Below, piece by piece: positions 27,124-36,233 of a DNA stretch of 64,000 nt; the first letter of the stretch is position 1, and the number at the start of each line of letters is the position of its first letter. The notes beneath the pieces were generated by a model, which was not told the origin of the DNA, did no database searches, and saw only the letters and a program-made list of their open reading frames with translations. Both the position numbers and the translations under genes were made by a program. The stretch spans positions 310,393-374,392 of the forward strand of contig CAWGPA010000001.1 in assembly GCA_963824325.1 (NCBI GenBank), read 5' to 3'. The DNA comes from an uncultured Acidobacteriaceae bacterium (GTDB taxonomy: Bacteria; Acidobacteriota; Terriglobia; Terriglobales; Acidobacteriaceae).

Positions 27124-28680
27124 TCAAGGTTTTGCCGGGGCCAGGTGCGGGAGCGGACGCCCTGCGTGGGCATTCGTTAACTCTCCCCCATCAATGGCGA
27201 TCTGCCCGTTCACGAGCAGATACACCACTCCGGTTGCCAGAAGCTTGGGTTGTTCATAGGTCGATTGGGCGCGGATGGTCCTGGGATCAAATACGACTAT
27301 GTCGGCAAAATAGCCGGTCTTGAGAAGACCCCGGTCTTTCAGGCCTAGCGTTTCCGCCGGCAGCGAAGTGCTGGAGCGGATGGCGAAGGGCAGCGTGATG
27401 ACATGTTCGTCGAAGACATACTTGCGCAGTTTTTCCGGGAATGTTCCATATTTCCGCGGGTGGCCGGTACTGCCATCCGAGCAGGTCATCACCCAGTCCT
27501 GACGCATGAAGTTTTTCATGTCGGCCTGTTGCATATTGAAGGAGGCAACGTCTGCGCCGCCTTTTTGAATGATGGTCAACGCTGCTTCAATCGGCGTGGC
27601 GCCGCGTTCCTGCGCGACCTTGGCCAGGGTCTTGCCGACAAACTCTTTGTCCGGCGCCGCTGTCATGAGGAGAGCCTCGGGGCCGCCGCGACGGTCGAGA
27701 TTTTTCTGCATCTCAGCCACTAAGCGAGGCCTGACCGCTGGATCTCCAATCCGCTGTAACAATGCCGCTGAGCCCCCAACCTCGGCCCACCGCGGTATCA
27801 GCGCAGCTTCCACGCTGGTTCCCGACGCATCGTAGGGGTATTGGCTGGCCGTCACCCGGAGGCCTTCGGCCCGCGCCGCGTCGACTAATGCGATTACTTG
27901 CGGGCTTTGCCCCCACACGTCCCGGCCCAGCGCCTTGATGTGGGAGATCATGACGGGCATGTGGGCTTCCCTGCCGATCCTGATGGTTTCGCGCACGGAA
28001 GCCAGCAGCCCGATGTTGTAGGTGCTCTCGTCGCGCATATGGGTGTCGTAGATGCCACCGTCCGCTGCTGCGACTTTGGCCAGGGCAATCACTTCCTCGG
28101 TGCTGGAATAGCTGCCGGGCGCATAGTACAGGCCGGTGGACATGCCGATTGCGCCTTCCTTCATGCCCCGATCGACCAGCGCCTTCATGGAATTTATTTG
28201 CGCACGCGTGGGCTTTGCGTCCGACATGCCCATGACTGCGTCGCGCACCGAGCCCTGGCCGATGAACAGGGCGGCGTTGGTGCCGATGCCTTGCTGCGCC
28301 CACTTGCGCAGCGCATCGCCGATTTGCAGAGGACTGCTTCCGTCGTTGCCGGTCGCCACCGTCGTCACGCCCTGCATTAAATAGGCATCGTTGCGGCTGG
28401 TCGCCGGGTTAGAGAGGTCATCAAAGGTGTGCGTATGGGGATCGACGAACCCCGGCGCGACTATCAGACCGTGTGCATCAATGACGCGACTGGCTTTTTC
28501 GCTTAGATTTTTTCCAATCAGAACCACTCGATCCCCACGAATGCCAATATCCACTTGTTTGGCCGGGGAGCCGGAGCCATCGAGAACAGAGCCGTTGCGA
28601 ATCAGGAGATCGAGGCTCTGCGCCCACGCGGGGCTGGCCAGATAAAGAAAGACTAGTGCTGAAAGGATCCTGGGAATCAT
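27124..28680 (-). CDS. exported N-acyl-D-amino-acid deacylase (D-aminoacylase) family amidohydrolase
   Basis: Start set at the ATG at 28680 (MIPRILSALVFLYLASPAWA), preceded by ggagg. LLIRNGSVLDGSGSP...IDAHGLIVAPGFVDPHTHT is the amidohydrolase metal motif; the C-terminal ADIVVFDP is typical of D-aminoacylases. Confidence 0.8.
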   Translation of the reverse strand: MIPRILSALVFLYLASPAWAQSLDLLIRNGSVLDGSGSPAKQVDIGIRGDRVVLIGKNLSEKASRVIDAHGLIVAPGFVDPHTHTFDDLSNPATSRNDAYLMQGVTTVATGNDGSSPLQIGDALRKWAQQGIGTNAALFIGQGSVRDAVMGMSDAKPTRAQINSMKALVDRGMKEGAIGMSTGLYYAPGSYSSTEEVIALAKVAAADGGIYDTHMRDESTYNIGLLASVRETIRIGREAHMPVMISHIKALGRDVWGQSPQVIALVDAARAEGLRVTASQYPYDASGTSVEAALIPRWAEVGGSAALLQRIGDPAVRPRLVAEMQKNLDRRGGPEALLMTAAPDKEFVGKTLAKVAQERGATPIEAALTIIQKGGADVASFNMQQADMKNFMRQDWVMTCSDGSTGHPRKYGTFPEKLRKYVFDEHVITLPFAIRSSTSLPAETLGLKDRGLLKTGYFADIVVFDPRTIRAQSTYEQPKLLATGVVYLLVNGQIAIDGGELTNAHAGRPLPHLAPAKP

Positions 28681-28829
28681 CGCTGCCTCCGAAAAGCGTG
28701 CAGTGTGGTGCTGGGCGTATAGAGGATGTATTGACGGTAATTCATGGAGATCCGTATCTCTGGGCCTAAAGGCGAAAGAACCTGGCCGGTAAATGTCCGC
28801 GGCAACAGCCTGCGGAAAAACACGCTTAA

Positions 28830-29610
28830 CAAAGGGCACGGGGTTTAGCCGTGCCGCAAGTGGTGCGCGATTGGAGGGGGCTATAGAGTCTGCGTTAGAA
28901 CATAAAATTCCTGACCCACCGGAGAATATTGAAGCCCAGGATTGCATCCTGGGATATTCTCAGCCGTCCCCTTCGACAGGCTCAGGGCAGGCTCTGCGGG
29001 ACTGTTCCGTCGCATCAAACTCCCCAGGACTACCCCGGATTTCCTGCACGCTGCTCGAGAGAGATCTGCGTATGCGGCTTTCTTCACGGAAAGCCGCACG
29101 AGATTTCTTGGTGCCACCAAACTTCACAGGAAATCCAGGTCCGTCCTGGGCTACTTTCAGCCATGGCTGTCCAAATTAGGGCAATTGGTTCTGGACGGCG
29201 CAACTTGCTGAATGTGTGGAAGAGAACGTGGACAAGCGAAATGGAGTTGGTTGCGGTGGCAGTGGTCCGTACATCACGTTGGCATTCGTGGAGGGGATGG
29301 ACAGCACGCAGGGAGTTGTTAGGGGGAAGGGCGCACAGCAGGTCCCTCGGCTACCTCCGGATTTCCTGTCAGGCTTCGTGGTGTCGATAAATCCCGTGCG
29401 GCTTTCTCTACCGAAAGCCGCATACGTGGCCGTTGACTGGCGCCGTGTAGTAGGAAATCCGGAGTACGCTCGGGATGACAAAGTTGAGGGTGGTGGCGCA
29501 CCTCGGCATGGTTGGAGGTGGATGGACAGAGTCGAAAAAAGGCTAATTTGGACAAGATTGACTTTCAGCCGTCCCCGTTCGACAAGCTCAGGGCAGGCTA
29601 TGCGGGACTG
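28830..29610. repeat. cluster of REP/MITE-like elements
   Basis: (a) ggcacgg-ggtttag-ccgtgcc hairpin at ~28836-28856. (b) Three copies or partial copies of a ..tcctggg.ta.t.tcagccgtcccc..gac(a)agctcagggcaggct.tgcgggactg element at 28935-29004, ~29140-29170 and 29561-29610. (c) Two ~105-110-bp palindromic elements in opposite orientation at 29035-29138 and 29355-29464. These have terminal inverted repeats ccggatttcct/aggaaatccgg and a central gcggctttc/gaaagccgc hairpin. Confidence 0.75.
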
Positions 29611-29643
29611 AATTTGGAGACCGAACCCTTGACAGAGATCGCC

Positions 29644-29668
29644 ATTAGAATCACAATGTAATTCTAAT
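29644..29668. promoter_or_regulatory. inverted repeat ATTAGAAT-N9-ATTCTAAT abutting the PadR start codon (candidate PadR operator)
   Basis: attagaat (29644-29651) and attctaat (29661-29668) are perfect reverse complements. The ATG is at 29670. Confidence 0.5.
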
Positions 29669-29669
29669 C

Positions 29670-29999
29670 ATGCTTGGCGAATTTGAGTACCTGATGATCA
29701 CTGCGGCGGCCGGGCTTGGAGACAAAGCCTATGGAGCTGCCATTCGGGAAGAGATTGAGCATACTACTGGCCGCAAGTGCTCCATCGGTGCGCTCTATAC
29801 GACGATTGAGCGGCTGGAGAAGAAAGGCCTGCTGACAACATGGATGGGCGAGGCGACGGCGGAACGAGGCGGCCGCGCCAAACGGATGGTTCGCGTAACG
29901 CCTAAAGGCGTGAAGGCGGCAAAGGACTTCTACGAGGTAGTGATTCGGGTAAGCCGCGGCGCCTCGTGGGTGGCGAACCGAACAGGGAGTGCCTCATGA
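29670..29999 (+). CDS. PadR family transcriptional regulator
   Basis: 109 aa. LGEFEYLMITAAAGLGDKAYGAAIREEIEHTTGRKCSIGALYTTIERLEKKGLL is the PadR winged-helix pattern. Confidence 0.85.
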   Translation: MLGEFEYLMITAAAGLGDKAYGAAIREEIEHTTGRKCSIGALYTTIERLEKKGLLTTWMGEATAERGGRAKRMVRVTPKGVKAAKDFYEVVIRVSRGASWVANRTGSAS

Positions 30000-30718
30000 C
30001 AGATATCAGCTGGTCATTCGTGGAGGCTGCTGCACGACTGCTGGAAGGTGACGAACGCGAGGCCGTGCTGGGTGATTTGCGCGAAGCCGGCGAGAGTGGC
30101 CTGCGCGGATTGCTCGACGTATCCGGCCTGGCGCTGCGGCGGCACCTGTCGCTTTGGAAGGACTGGCGGCCGTGGCTTGCATCGTGCGGAATGGCCTTGC
30201 CAGGCAGCCTGCTCCTGATGGGGTTTTCCCTCTCTGTCAGCCGCACCTATCAAGGGCTCATCCACCCAACCGTCTTCAAGGCTACTGGTCTGACGGTGGG
30301 ACCAGGTTTTACGCTGCTGTTGTGCAATGTCCTTCTGTTGATCGGCTGGGCCTGGACCGGTGGCTTTGTCATGGGATCGATGTCGCGGCGAACGGTGCGG
30401 GTTAGTGCCGCTTTATCTTTTGCGCCCTGCGTGTTTTGCCTGGCACGGTTCCGCGTGGAGTCGCTATCGCGGTTCTGCCTGCTTCTCTTTCTGCTGCCTG
30501 CAATCTGGGGGGTTTGCCGTGGCCTGCAAATTGCCCAGATCCAATTGAGATCGGCACTTATCCTGGCGGCCGGTATCACCCTGCTCACGATTCCCACATG
30601 GACGAGCAAAGGCTCCTGGATTCCTAATTGGGCGTTGAGTTGGCCGGCATGGTACCTGGTTGCGATGGCATGGCGGGGCGAGGCTATGAAGGAGCGGGAA
30701 AGATGGCGGACAAACTAG
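29996..30718 (+). CDS. integral membrane protein coupled to PadR (function unknown)
   Basis: The ATG at 29996 overlaps the PadR stop (ATGA). The protein has a cytoplasmic N-terminus (MTDISWSFVEAAARLLEGDEREAVLGDLREAGESG) followed by ~5 hydrophobic segments. Confidence 0.6.
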   Translation: MTDISWSFVEAAARLLEGDEREAVLGDLREAGESGLRGLLDVSGLALRRHLSLWKDWRPWLASCGMALPGSLLLMGFSLSVSRTYQGLIHPTVFKATGLTVGPGFTLLLCNVLLLIGWAWTGGFVMGSMSRRTVRVSAALSFAPCVFCLARFRVESLSRFCLLLFLLPAIWGVCRGLQIAQIQLRSALILAAGITLLTIPTWTSKGSWIPNWALSWPAWYLVAMAWRGEAMKERERWRTN

Positions 30719-31227
30719 CGTTATCCGTGAACGGAGCTCAGCACCTCGTCTCCGCTACTCCGGAAACCCCGTTGCTGTATGTGCTGCGCAATGAACTGAA
30801 ATTATCCGGGCCGCGCATGGGCTGCGGGATGGCGCAGTGTGGTGCGTGCGCCGTCCTGGTCGATGGAGAAGAGGTTCGCTCCTGCATCGCGCCTCTTTCC
30901 TCCGCCGTCGGCAAGCACGTTACGACGATCGAGGGATTAGCTCAGGTCTGGGCAGAGAAGAAGGGCTTGAGCGAAACCGACGCGGCCAAGACGTTGCATC
31001 CCGTCCAGCAGGCATGGATTGACGAACAAGTGCCGCAATGCGGCTACTGCCAGAGTGGAATGATCATCGCCGCAGTGGAATTGCTGGAGAAGAATCCAAA
31101 TCCTACCGTGCTGCAGATCAAAGACGCCTTTACCAATAAGCCCCCCTCCCCGCACCTCTGCCGCTGCGGCACGTACGCGGCCATCATCGACGCCGTCCAG
31201 CTCGCTTCTAAAGCCATGACCGCCTGA
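30703..31227 (+). CDS. (2Fe-2S)-binding small subunit of IorA/aldehyde-oxidoreductase type molybdoenzyme
   Basis: ATG at 30703 after gaaggag. Cluster ligands are GCGMAQCGACAV and CGYCQSGMI, with CRCGTY at the C-terminus. Confidence 0.9.
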   Translation: MADKLALSVNGAQHLVSATPETPLLYVLRNELKLSGPRMGCGMAQCGACAVLVDGEEVRSCIAPLSSAVGKHVTTIEGLAQVWAEKKGLSETDAAKTLHPVQQAWIDEQVPQCGYCQSGMIIAAVELLEKNPNPTVLQIKDAFTNKPPSPHLCRCGTYAAIIDAVQLASKAMTA

Positions 31228-31232
31228 ATCCC

Positions 31233-33551
31233 ATGCTTGCGAAGAGTGACCACTCCGCCGACTCCAGCGTTATCCCCAGGCTTACGCGACGCGGATTCGT
31301 CAAGATGGGCGGCGCTCTCATGGTGTCGTTCGCGTTTCCCGGGTTCTCTGCGATCGCAGCCGAGGTTAAGCCTGCGTCTGAGACCAGGCAATTAGCATCT
31401 TGGCTCGAGATCCGTCAGGACAATACCATTCTTGTGCGCACCGGCCGCACCGAGATCGGTACCGGCATGAGCGCTTATTATGCACAAGTCATCGCGGAAG
31501 AATTGAGCGTCCAAGCAGAAGCCATCACGCTCATTATGGGCGACACGGATAAAACGCCGGACGGCGGCTACTCCGCCGGCTTTCTTTACGGAGCAGTGAA
31601 CCTGCGCAAAGTGGGAGCCTATACCTATCAGGCGCTGCTCGGGCTAGCCGCAGAAAAGCTCCGCGTTCCTGTCGCTACTCTCACGGTTACAGATGGCATC
31701 GTCTCCGGAGGCGGAAAGAGTATCCGCTACGGAGAACTTGTTCAGGACCAGCAGTTCGATCTGAAGATTCCAGTCTCTGGCGCGCCGGCAAAGGTCGACG
31801 CAACGTCGTGGAACGGTATAGCAGGGTTGGACGGTCTGACGGTGCTGGGCGACCCGCCGACGAAGCCCATAAGCCAGTACAAGGTGGTTGGCAAGTCTCA
31901 CCCTATGCCGGGCATTCCGGGCAAGGTCACGGGGAAAACGCAGTGGAGCTGCGATGTCAATTTGCCCGGGATGCTTCACGCACGCATGGTCCGCCCGCCA
32001 ACGCTGGGCTCGACGTTGATCTCCGCCGGCGCGGTGGACAAGGCGCGCTTCCCCAACGCGCAGGTGGTCAGCAAACAAAACCTGGTCGCAGTGCTCTCTC
32101 CCAATGAATGGGAGGCAGTGAGCGCTACCCGATCGGTTGCCTCCAGTACCAAGTGGAGCGAATGGTCGGGTCTGCCGGGCAGCGAACATCTGACCCAGGC
32201 ACTGCGCGACTACAAGTGGGGTGCTCCGTCGGAAAGCAGGGGGAATGCCGCCGATGTCACTGCGGCTCTGGCGCATGCGTCCAAGACTCTCTCGGCAACC
32301 TATGAGCAGCCTTACATCAAACATGCCCCCATTGGTCCCTTTGTGGCGGTGGCCGATGTGCGGAGCGATGGCACAGCCACGGTGTGGACCCATTCTGCAA
32401 ACTCGCAAGGCTTGCGGGCACAGATCGCCAATACGCTGAGCACACCGGTCGAAAAAGTAGTCGTCCGCTGGCTGGACCACGCCGGCCAGTTTGGGCGCAC
32501 AACCTTCGGAGGTGACGGCGCGGAAGGGGACGCGGCGATCCTCTCGCAGTTGACCGGGAGGCCAGTGCGTGTGCAGTGGACTTTGCAGGAGGACCTGGCA
32601 TGGTCGGCATCCTCGCCCGGCTGGGTGGAGGATATAAGCTGCGGCCTTGACGACCATGGCTGCGTGACCGGCCTGCGCAGCGCTTTCTACTCACCTCAAT
32701 CGAATGACGCGCGGATTGTGGGCGCTCTTCTTGCCGGCATGCCTTGCAGCCAGCCTAAGCCGGGCTACTGGATTGCCACTGAGTGGCCGTACGACAAGAT
32801 TCAATGCCGGCAGGAGCAAGTGTATGGGATGCCGAACCTGGGAGCAGATTCGCAGACACCCGGATTGCGCGGGCTCATCATGCGCACGCCCGGACAACGG
32901 CAGCAGAACTTCGCGCTCGAATCGCTGATCAACGAGGCGGCATCGAGCGCAGGGACCGATCCGATTGAGTTCCGGCTCTTGCACACGACCGACCAGCGGC
33001 TCATCGACATCATCCATGCCACGGCGAAGGCTGCCGCCTGGGAGCCACGTCCTTCGCCGCACCCGGGCACGCGCCGTACTGGAACCGAGCCCGTCACCGG
33101 CCGCGGAGTATCCATCATGGTCCGCCAGAACTCGTACTGGATGGGGATCGCCGAGGTGGTAGTGACTCCGGATACGGGCGCGATACAGGTGACAAAGTTC
33201 ACTATTGGTGTCGACTGCGGCAAAGTCATCAACCCGCGGCAACTGGAACGCTGCATGAAGAGCGGCGTGGTCATGGGCGTCAGTGAAGCGCTCAAAGAGG
33301 AGGTCACCTTCGACACGGGAAAAATAACCAGCACCAGTTGGAACCGCTACAAGATCCTGACCATGGCAGAGATGCCAGAGATCAAGGCGGTGCAGATTTC
33401 GCGCGACGACAAAGGCTTCGGCGGGGGCTCTGAAGCCGCCAATGCGGTGTGTACGCCGGCAGTCGCCGCTGCCTTTTTCGATGCAACCGGAGTTCACCCG
33501 CGCAGAATCCCGCTGACTCCCGCGTATGTGACCAAGCTGCTGAAAGGCTAG
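31233..33551 (+). CDS. molybdopterin-binding large subunit (IorB / xanthine dehydrogenase family), TAT signal
   Basis: 772 aa. LTRRGFVKMGGALMVSFAF is twin-arginine-like. GTGMSAYYAQVIAEEL and GFGGGSEAANAVCTPAVAAAFFDATG are motifs typical of the aldehyde oxidase/XDH family. Confidence 0.9.
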   Translation: MLAKSDHSADSSVIPRLTRRGFVKMGGALMVSFAFPGFSAIAAEVKPASETRQLASWLEIRQDNTILVRTGRTEIGTGMSAYYAQVIAEELSVQAEAITLIMGDTDKTPDGGYSAGFLYGAVNLRKVGAYTYQALLGLAAEKLRVPVATLTVTDGIVSGGGKSIRYGELVQDQQFDLKIPVSGAPAKVDATSWNGIAGLDGLTVLGDPPTKPISQYKVVGKSHPMPGIPGKVTGKTQWSCDVNLPGMLHARMVRPPTLGSTLISAGAVDKARFPNAQVVSKQNLVAVLSPNEWEAVSATRSVASSTKWSEWSGLPGSEHLTQALRDYKWGAPSESRGNAADVTAALAHASKTLSATYEQPYIKHAPIGPFVAVADVRSDGTATVWTHSANSQGLRAQIANTLSTPVEKVVVRWLDHAGQFGRTTFGGDGAEGDAAILSQLTGRPVRVQWTLQEDLAWSASSPGWVEDISCGLDDHGCVTGLRSAFYSPQSNDARIVGALLAGMPCSQPKPGYWIATEWPYDKIQCRQEQVYGMPNLGADSQTPGLRGLIMRTPGQRQQNFALESLINEAASSAGTDPIEFRLLHTTDQRLIDIIHATAKAAAWEPRPSPHPGTRRTGTEPVTGRGVSIMVRQNSYWMGIAEVVVTPDTGAIQVTKFTIGVDCGKVINPRQLERCMKSGVVMGVSEALKEEVTFDTGKITSTSWNRYKILTMAEMPEIKAVQISRDDKGFGGGSEAANAVCTPAVAAAFFDATGVHPRRIPLTPAYVTKLLKG

Positions 33552-33570
33552 AATTCCTGCGTGATCGGCC

Positions 33571-34362
33571 CTACTCTGCTAACTGGAAGATGCGAATCTG
33601 AACCAGCTTGCTGATGGTCAGGTCGTCAAATCCCCTGGCCTGCATGCGATGGATGAAGTCCGGCGTCACCTTGAAAATGCGCATCTGGATCAACTCATCG
33701 AGCGTTGGCTGGTAGCCCATGGCCCGAATCTGTTTCACTTCTTCCGGATTGACATGCTGCACGCGCAAGGCAATCAACTTGCCCGCATCCGGAGTCGGAT
33801 AACCAAGCGCATTCAGGCTACGGATATAGTCAGGATCCACATGGAAAATACGCATGGCAATCAGGTTCCCAGAATCAAGGCCGCTCACGCCCGCAGACTG
33901 CAACGAGTGAACCCAGGCGATCCCAATGTCAAATAGCGTGTACGCCTGCAGCTTCTCTGCTTCAAGATCGCGGAATCCCATCTGCAGCATGCGATCGACA
34001 AACGCCGGATCGGGTATGAATGTAAAAGCACCGCTCATCCTGCCGTCATGTACCGCACCGGAGCAGGTGAGGGTGCCGGCTTCGGCGCGAATCCTCGCAT
34101 CCAAATGTGCGCCTTCGTGCTGCAAATCGGCGAGCGCAAAGCCGGAAAACGCGCTCACCGGCTCCTGAGTCTGCGTGGAGGAACAGTTTCCGTTGCCTTC
34201 GCAGCCACTGCGCTCCAAGCGAAGATCCGCCTCGGTGCCATTCGAAGTGGCGGTGATGCTGCACGATCCCGTAAGCGTTCGAAGCTGCTCTTCCGCCTGC
34301 AAAAACAAGCAGGTGCATGCTGCCAGGAATACGAAAAGAACAACCCAGCCGGTCCTTGTCAT
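33571..34362 (-). CDS. exported/anchored protein carrying five ~29-aa repeats shared with the adjacent BlaR1-like protein
   Basis: 263 aa. Its ATG overlaps the BlaR1 stop (ATGA at 34359-34362). N-terminal hydrophobic segment WVVLFVFLAACTCLFL. The C-terminal half consists of repeats such as PDYIRSLNALGYPTPDAGKLIALRVQHVN. Confidence 0.7.
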   Translation of the reverse strand: MTRTGWVVLFVFLAACTCLFLQAEEQLRTLTGSCSITATSNGTEADLRLERSGCEGNGNCSSTQTQEPVSAFSGFALADLQHEGAHLDARIRAEAGTLTCSGAVHDGRMSGAFTFIPDPAFVDRMLQMGFRDLEAEKLQAYTLFDIGIAWVHSLQSAGVSGLDSGNLIAMRIFHVDPDYIRSLNALGYPTPDAGKLIALRVQHVNPEEVKQIRAMGYQPTLDELIQMRIFKVTPDFIHRMQARGFDDLTISKLVQIRIFQLAE

Positions 34363-36233
34363 TTCGCCTCCGAGTCCGAATCGCCCAACACGCCAGAGAT
34401 GCGTAGTTGCACCAGTTTCTCGATCGATAGCGAATTAAAGCCATGACGCTTAGCGTCGGCGAGAAATGCATCGTCAATGTGGAAAATGCGGAGCTGAACC
34501 AACTGATCAAGCGTGACGTTCGGATACTGCTGTTTCGCGGTCCTGGCATACTCGGGAGTTACATTGTGAACACGCAATGCCACCAGCTTTTCCGGCGGAA
34601 TTGCGTCGAAGCCGGCGGCCTTCATCGCAGCAACAAACTCCGGCGTGACCTTGAAGATGCGATAAGAAACCAGATCCTGGACGCTGCTTGGTTGCAGTCC
34701 CGCGGTGCGCAGCTCCGATACATACTCCGGAGTGACGCCCTGGACTTTCATAGCGATCAGTTCATCGGCGGTGGGTTTGCCGTAGCCCACCTTTGCCATC
34801 GCCTGCGCATATTCGGGAGTAATGCCCTGCACCTTCATGGCGACGTACTTGTCGATATCTACGTCGTAGCCGGCGGCGCGCATGGCATCGATATAGTCGG
34901 GCTTGTGTGCTGGGGCTTCGACAGTCGCAGCTTGTTCCGCATTTCCGCCGGAGCCTCCTGAACCAGATCCCGCACCTTCTCCCGTGCCCTTACCAGCACC
35001 TGGAGCGACCTCGGTTGCAATTGCAGCATCTTCGTTCCCAGCAGCCGGGGCTAATGCAACCTGGGCCAGTGGGAGAACCGGAGATGCAAGAGAGCTCTCG
35101 TGTAGGACGCTCGATACAACAGGGGCAGGCAGATCCATTACAGCCGGAGCAGGGATCGCGGGTGGCGCTGTTTGAGCCTGGGTATTCTTCCGCAATCCCG
35201 CGAAGAGGTGAGGCATGGGCAGCAGCACCAGCAGGAACACGGCACAAATCGCGGCCAGCGGTACGGGGACGAGTTCACGCGGACTCTTCTCGGCGTTTGC
35301 TTCACCCAGAATGCGCGCAATCCGCAGGCGGAGACCAGACCATGGCCTATGCCCGTCCAGGGCCATAGCCAGATTTAGCCGCTGATTGCGCCGCTCCTCA
35401 AGGCGCAGCAACGCGGTCGCATATACCAGAGGATCGGCGCACGATTGGACGGCCACATCGTCGCAGCAAAGCTCACGTTGCTGGCGCAGCCTGCCTCCAA
35501 GCCACCACACTGCTGGATGAAAGAAGAATAGGGTTTCGACCATGGTTTGAATCAGGTTCCAGAGATAATCAGCACGACGCACGTGTGCCAGCTCATGCGC
35601 GAGCACCGCCTCCAATTGCTCGGGACTCAGGGCCAACAGTGCAGACGCAGGCAGTATCACCAGCGACCGCACAATTCCGATAGCGAGCGGCCCTTGAATG
35701 TGTTGGGAAATATAGAGATCGACCTGTTGCGTAATCCCAAGCCGTTCGCACAGCCGGAGAAAGTTCGCGTATACGACTTCAGGAGCCTCTACGAGCGCGC
35801 TCCGGCGCAAGCGCTGAATCAGGCGCCATCCGCCGATCGTTCGCGTCGAAAGACACGCCACACCCAGCAACCACGCGACGTCGAGCCAGGGCAGGAATCG
35901 AGAGAGTTGGAGCAGTGCCGGCTGGGTTGTAGCGCCGGCTGTCTTCAGTCCCGCCAAGGGAGCAAGATCACTGGAGAGGTTCGATCCGATCGCCGCCATT
36001 GCGGAGGACGAAAAGGATGACGAGCCGGAGTCGCCGCGCGTCTCCTCATACGCAAACGTTGCCAGCGCGGTGACCATCATCAGGAGCAGGGTTCCCAGCG
36101 CCAACAGATAGCGGGTCTGACTCCGCGCCTTCGACAGCACAACATCGGTAAGCCAATAGACGAGCGCGATCGCTGCCGCCTGCCAGCAGAAATGCACCAG
36201 CGTCCATCCTAGAGACTCCAAATGATGATTCAT
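34359..36233 (-). CDS. BlaR1/MecR1-like M56 family metalloprotease signal transducer with novel C-terminal repeat domain
   Basis: 624 aa. N-terminal TM region, HELAHVRRADY zinc motif, further TM segment, Gly/Ala/Ser-rich linker, then six ~29-aa repeats (aa ~445-615). Confidence 0.9.
   Translation of the reverse strand: MNHHLESLGWTLVHFCWQAAAIALVYWLTDVVLSKARSQTRYLLALGTLLLMMVTALATFAYEETRGDSGSSSFSSSAMAAIGSNLSSDLAPLAGLKTAGATTQPALLQLSRFLPWLDVAWLLGVACLSTRTIGGWRLIQRLRRSALVEAPEVVYANFLRLCERLGITQQVDLYISQHIQGPLAIGIVRSLVILPASALLALSPEQLEAVLAHELAHVRRADYLWNLIQTMVETLFFFHPAVWWLGGRLRQQRELCCDDVAVQSCADPLVYATALLRLEERRNQRLNLAMALDGHRPWSGLRLRIARILGEANAEKSPRELVPVPLAAICAVFLLVLLPMPHLFAGLRKNTQAQTAPPAIPAPAVMDLPAPVVSSVLHESSLASPVLPLAQVALAPAAGNEDAAIATEVAPGAGKGTGEGAGSGSGGSGGNAEQAATVEAPAHKPDYIDAMRAAGYDVDIDKYVAMKVQGITPEYAQAMAKVGYGKPTADELIAMKVQGVTPEYVSELRTAGLQPSSVQDLVSYRIFKVTPEFVAAMKAAGFDAIPPEKLVALRVHNVTPEYARTAKQQYPNVTLDQLVQLRIFHIDDAFLADAKRHGFNSLSIEKLVQLRISGVLGDSDSEAK

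Noticed and set aside
31644-32657. 337-aa minus-strand ORF inside the molybdopterin subunit gene. Similar long antisense ORFs occur at 253..741, 18758..19189, 10877..11623, 32691..33497, 37475..38251, 40597..41142, 42286..42909, 44758..45420, 54904..55926, 60758..61246 and 62737..63216.
   Set aside because: These are shadow ORFs typical of GC-rich DNA. They lie antisense to genes with strong family motifs, are rich in Arg/Ala/Gly/Pro, and show no recognisable motifs.
34903-35175. Gly/Ala/Ser/Pro-rich stretch in BlaR1 (APGAGKGTGEGAGSGSGGSGGN) as a separate feature or coding repeat
   Set aside because: It reads as a low-complexity linker between the protease/TM region and the C-terminal repeat domain. 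There is no nucleotide-level tandem repeat.
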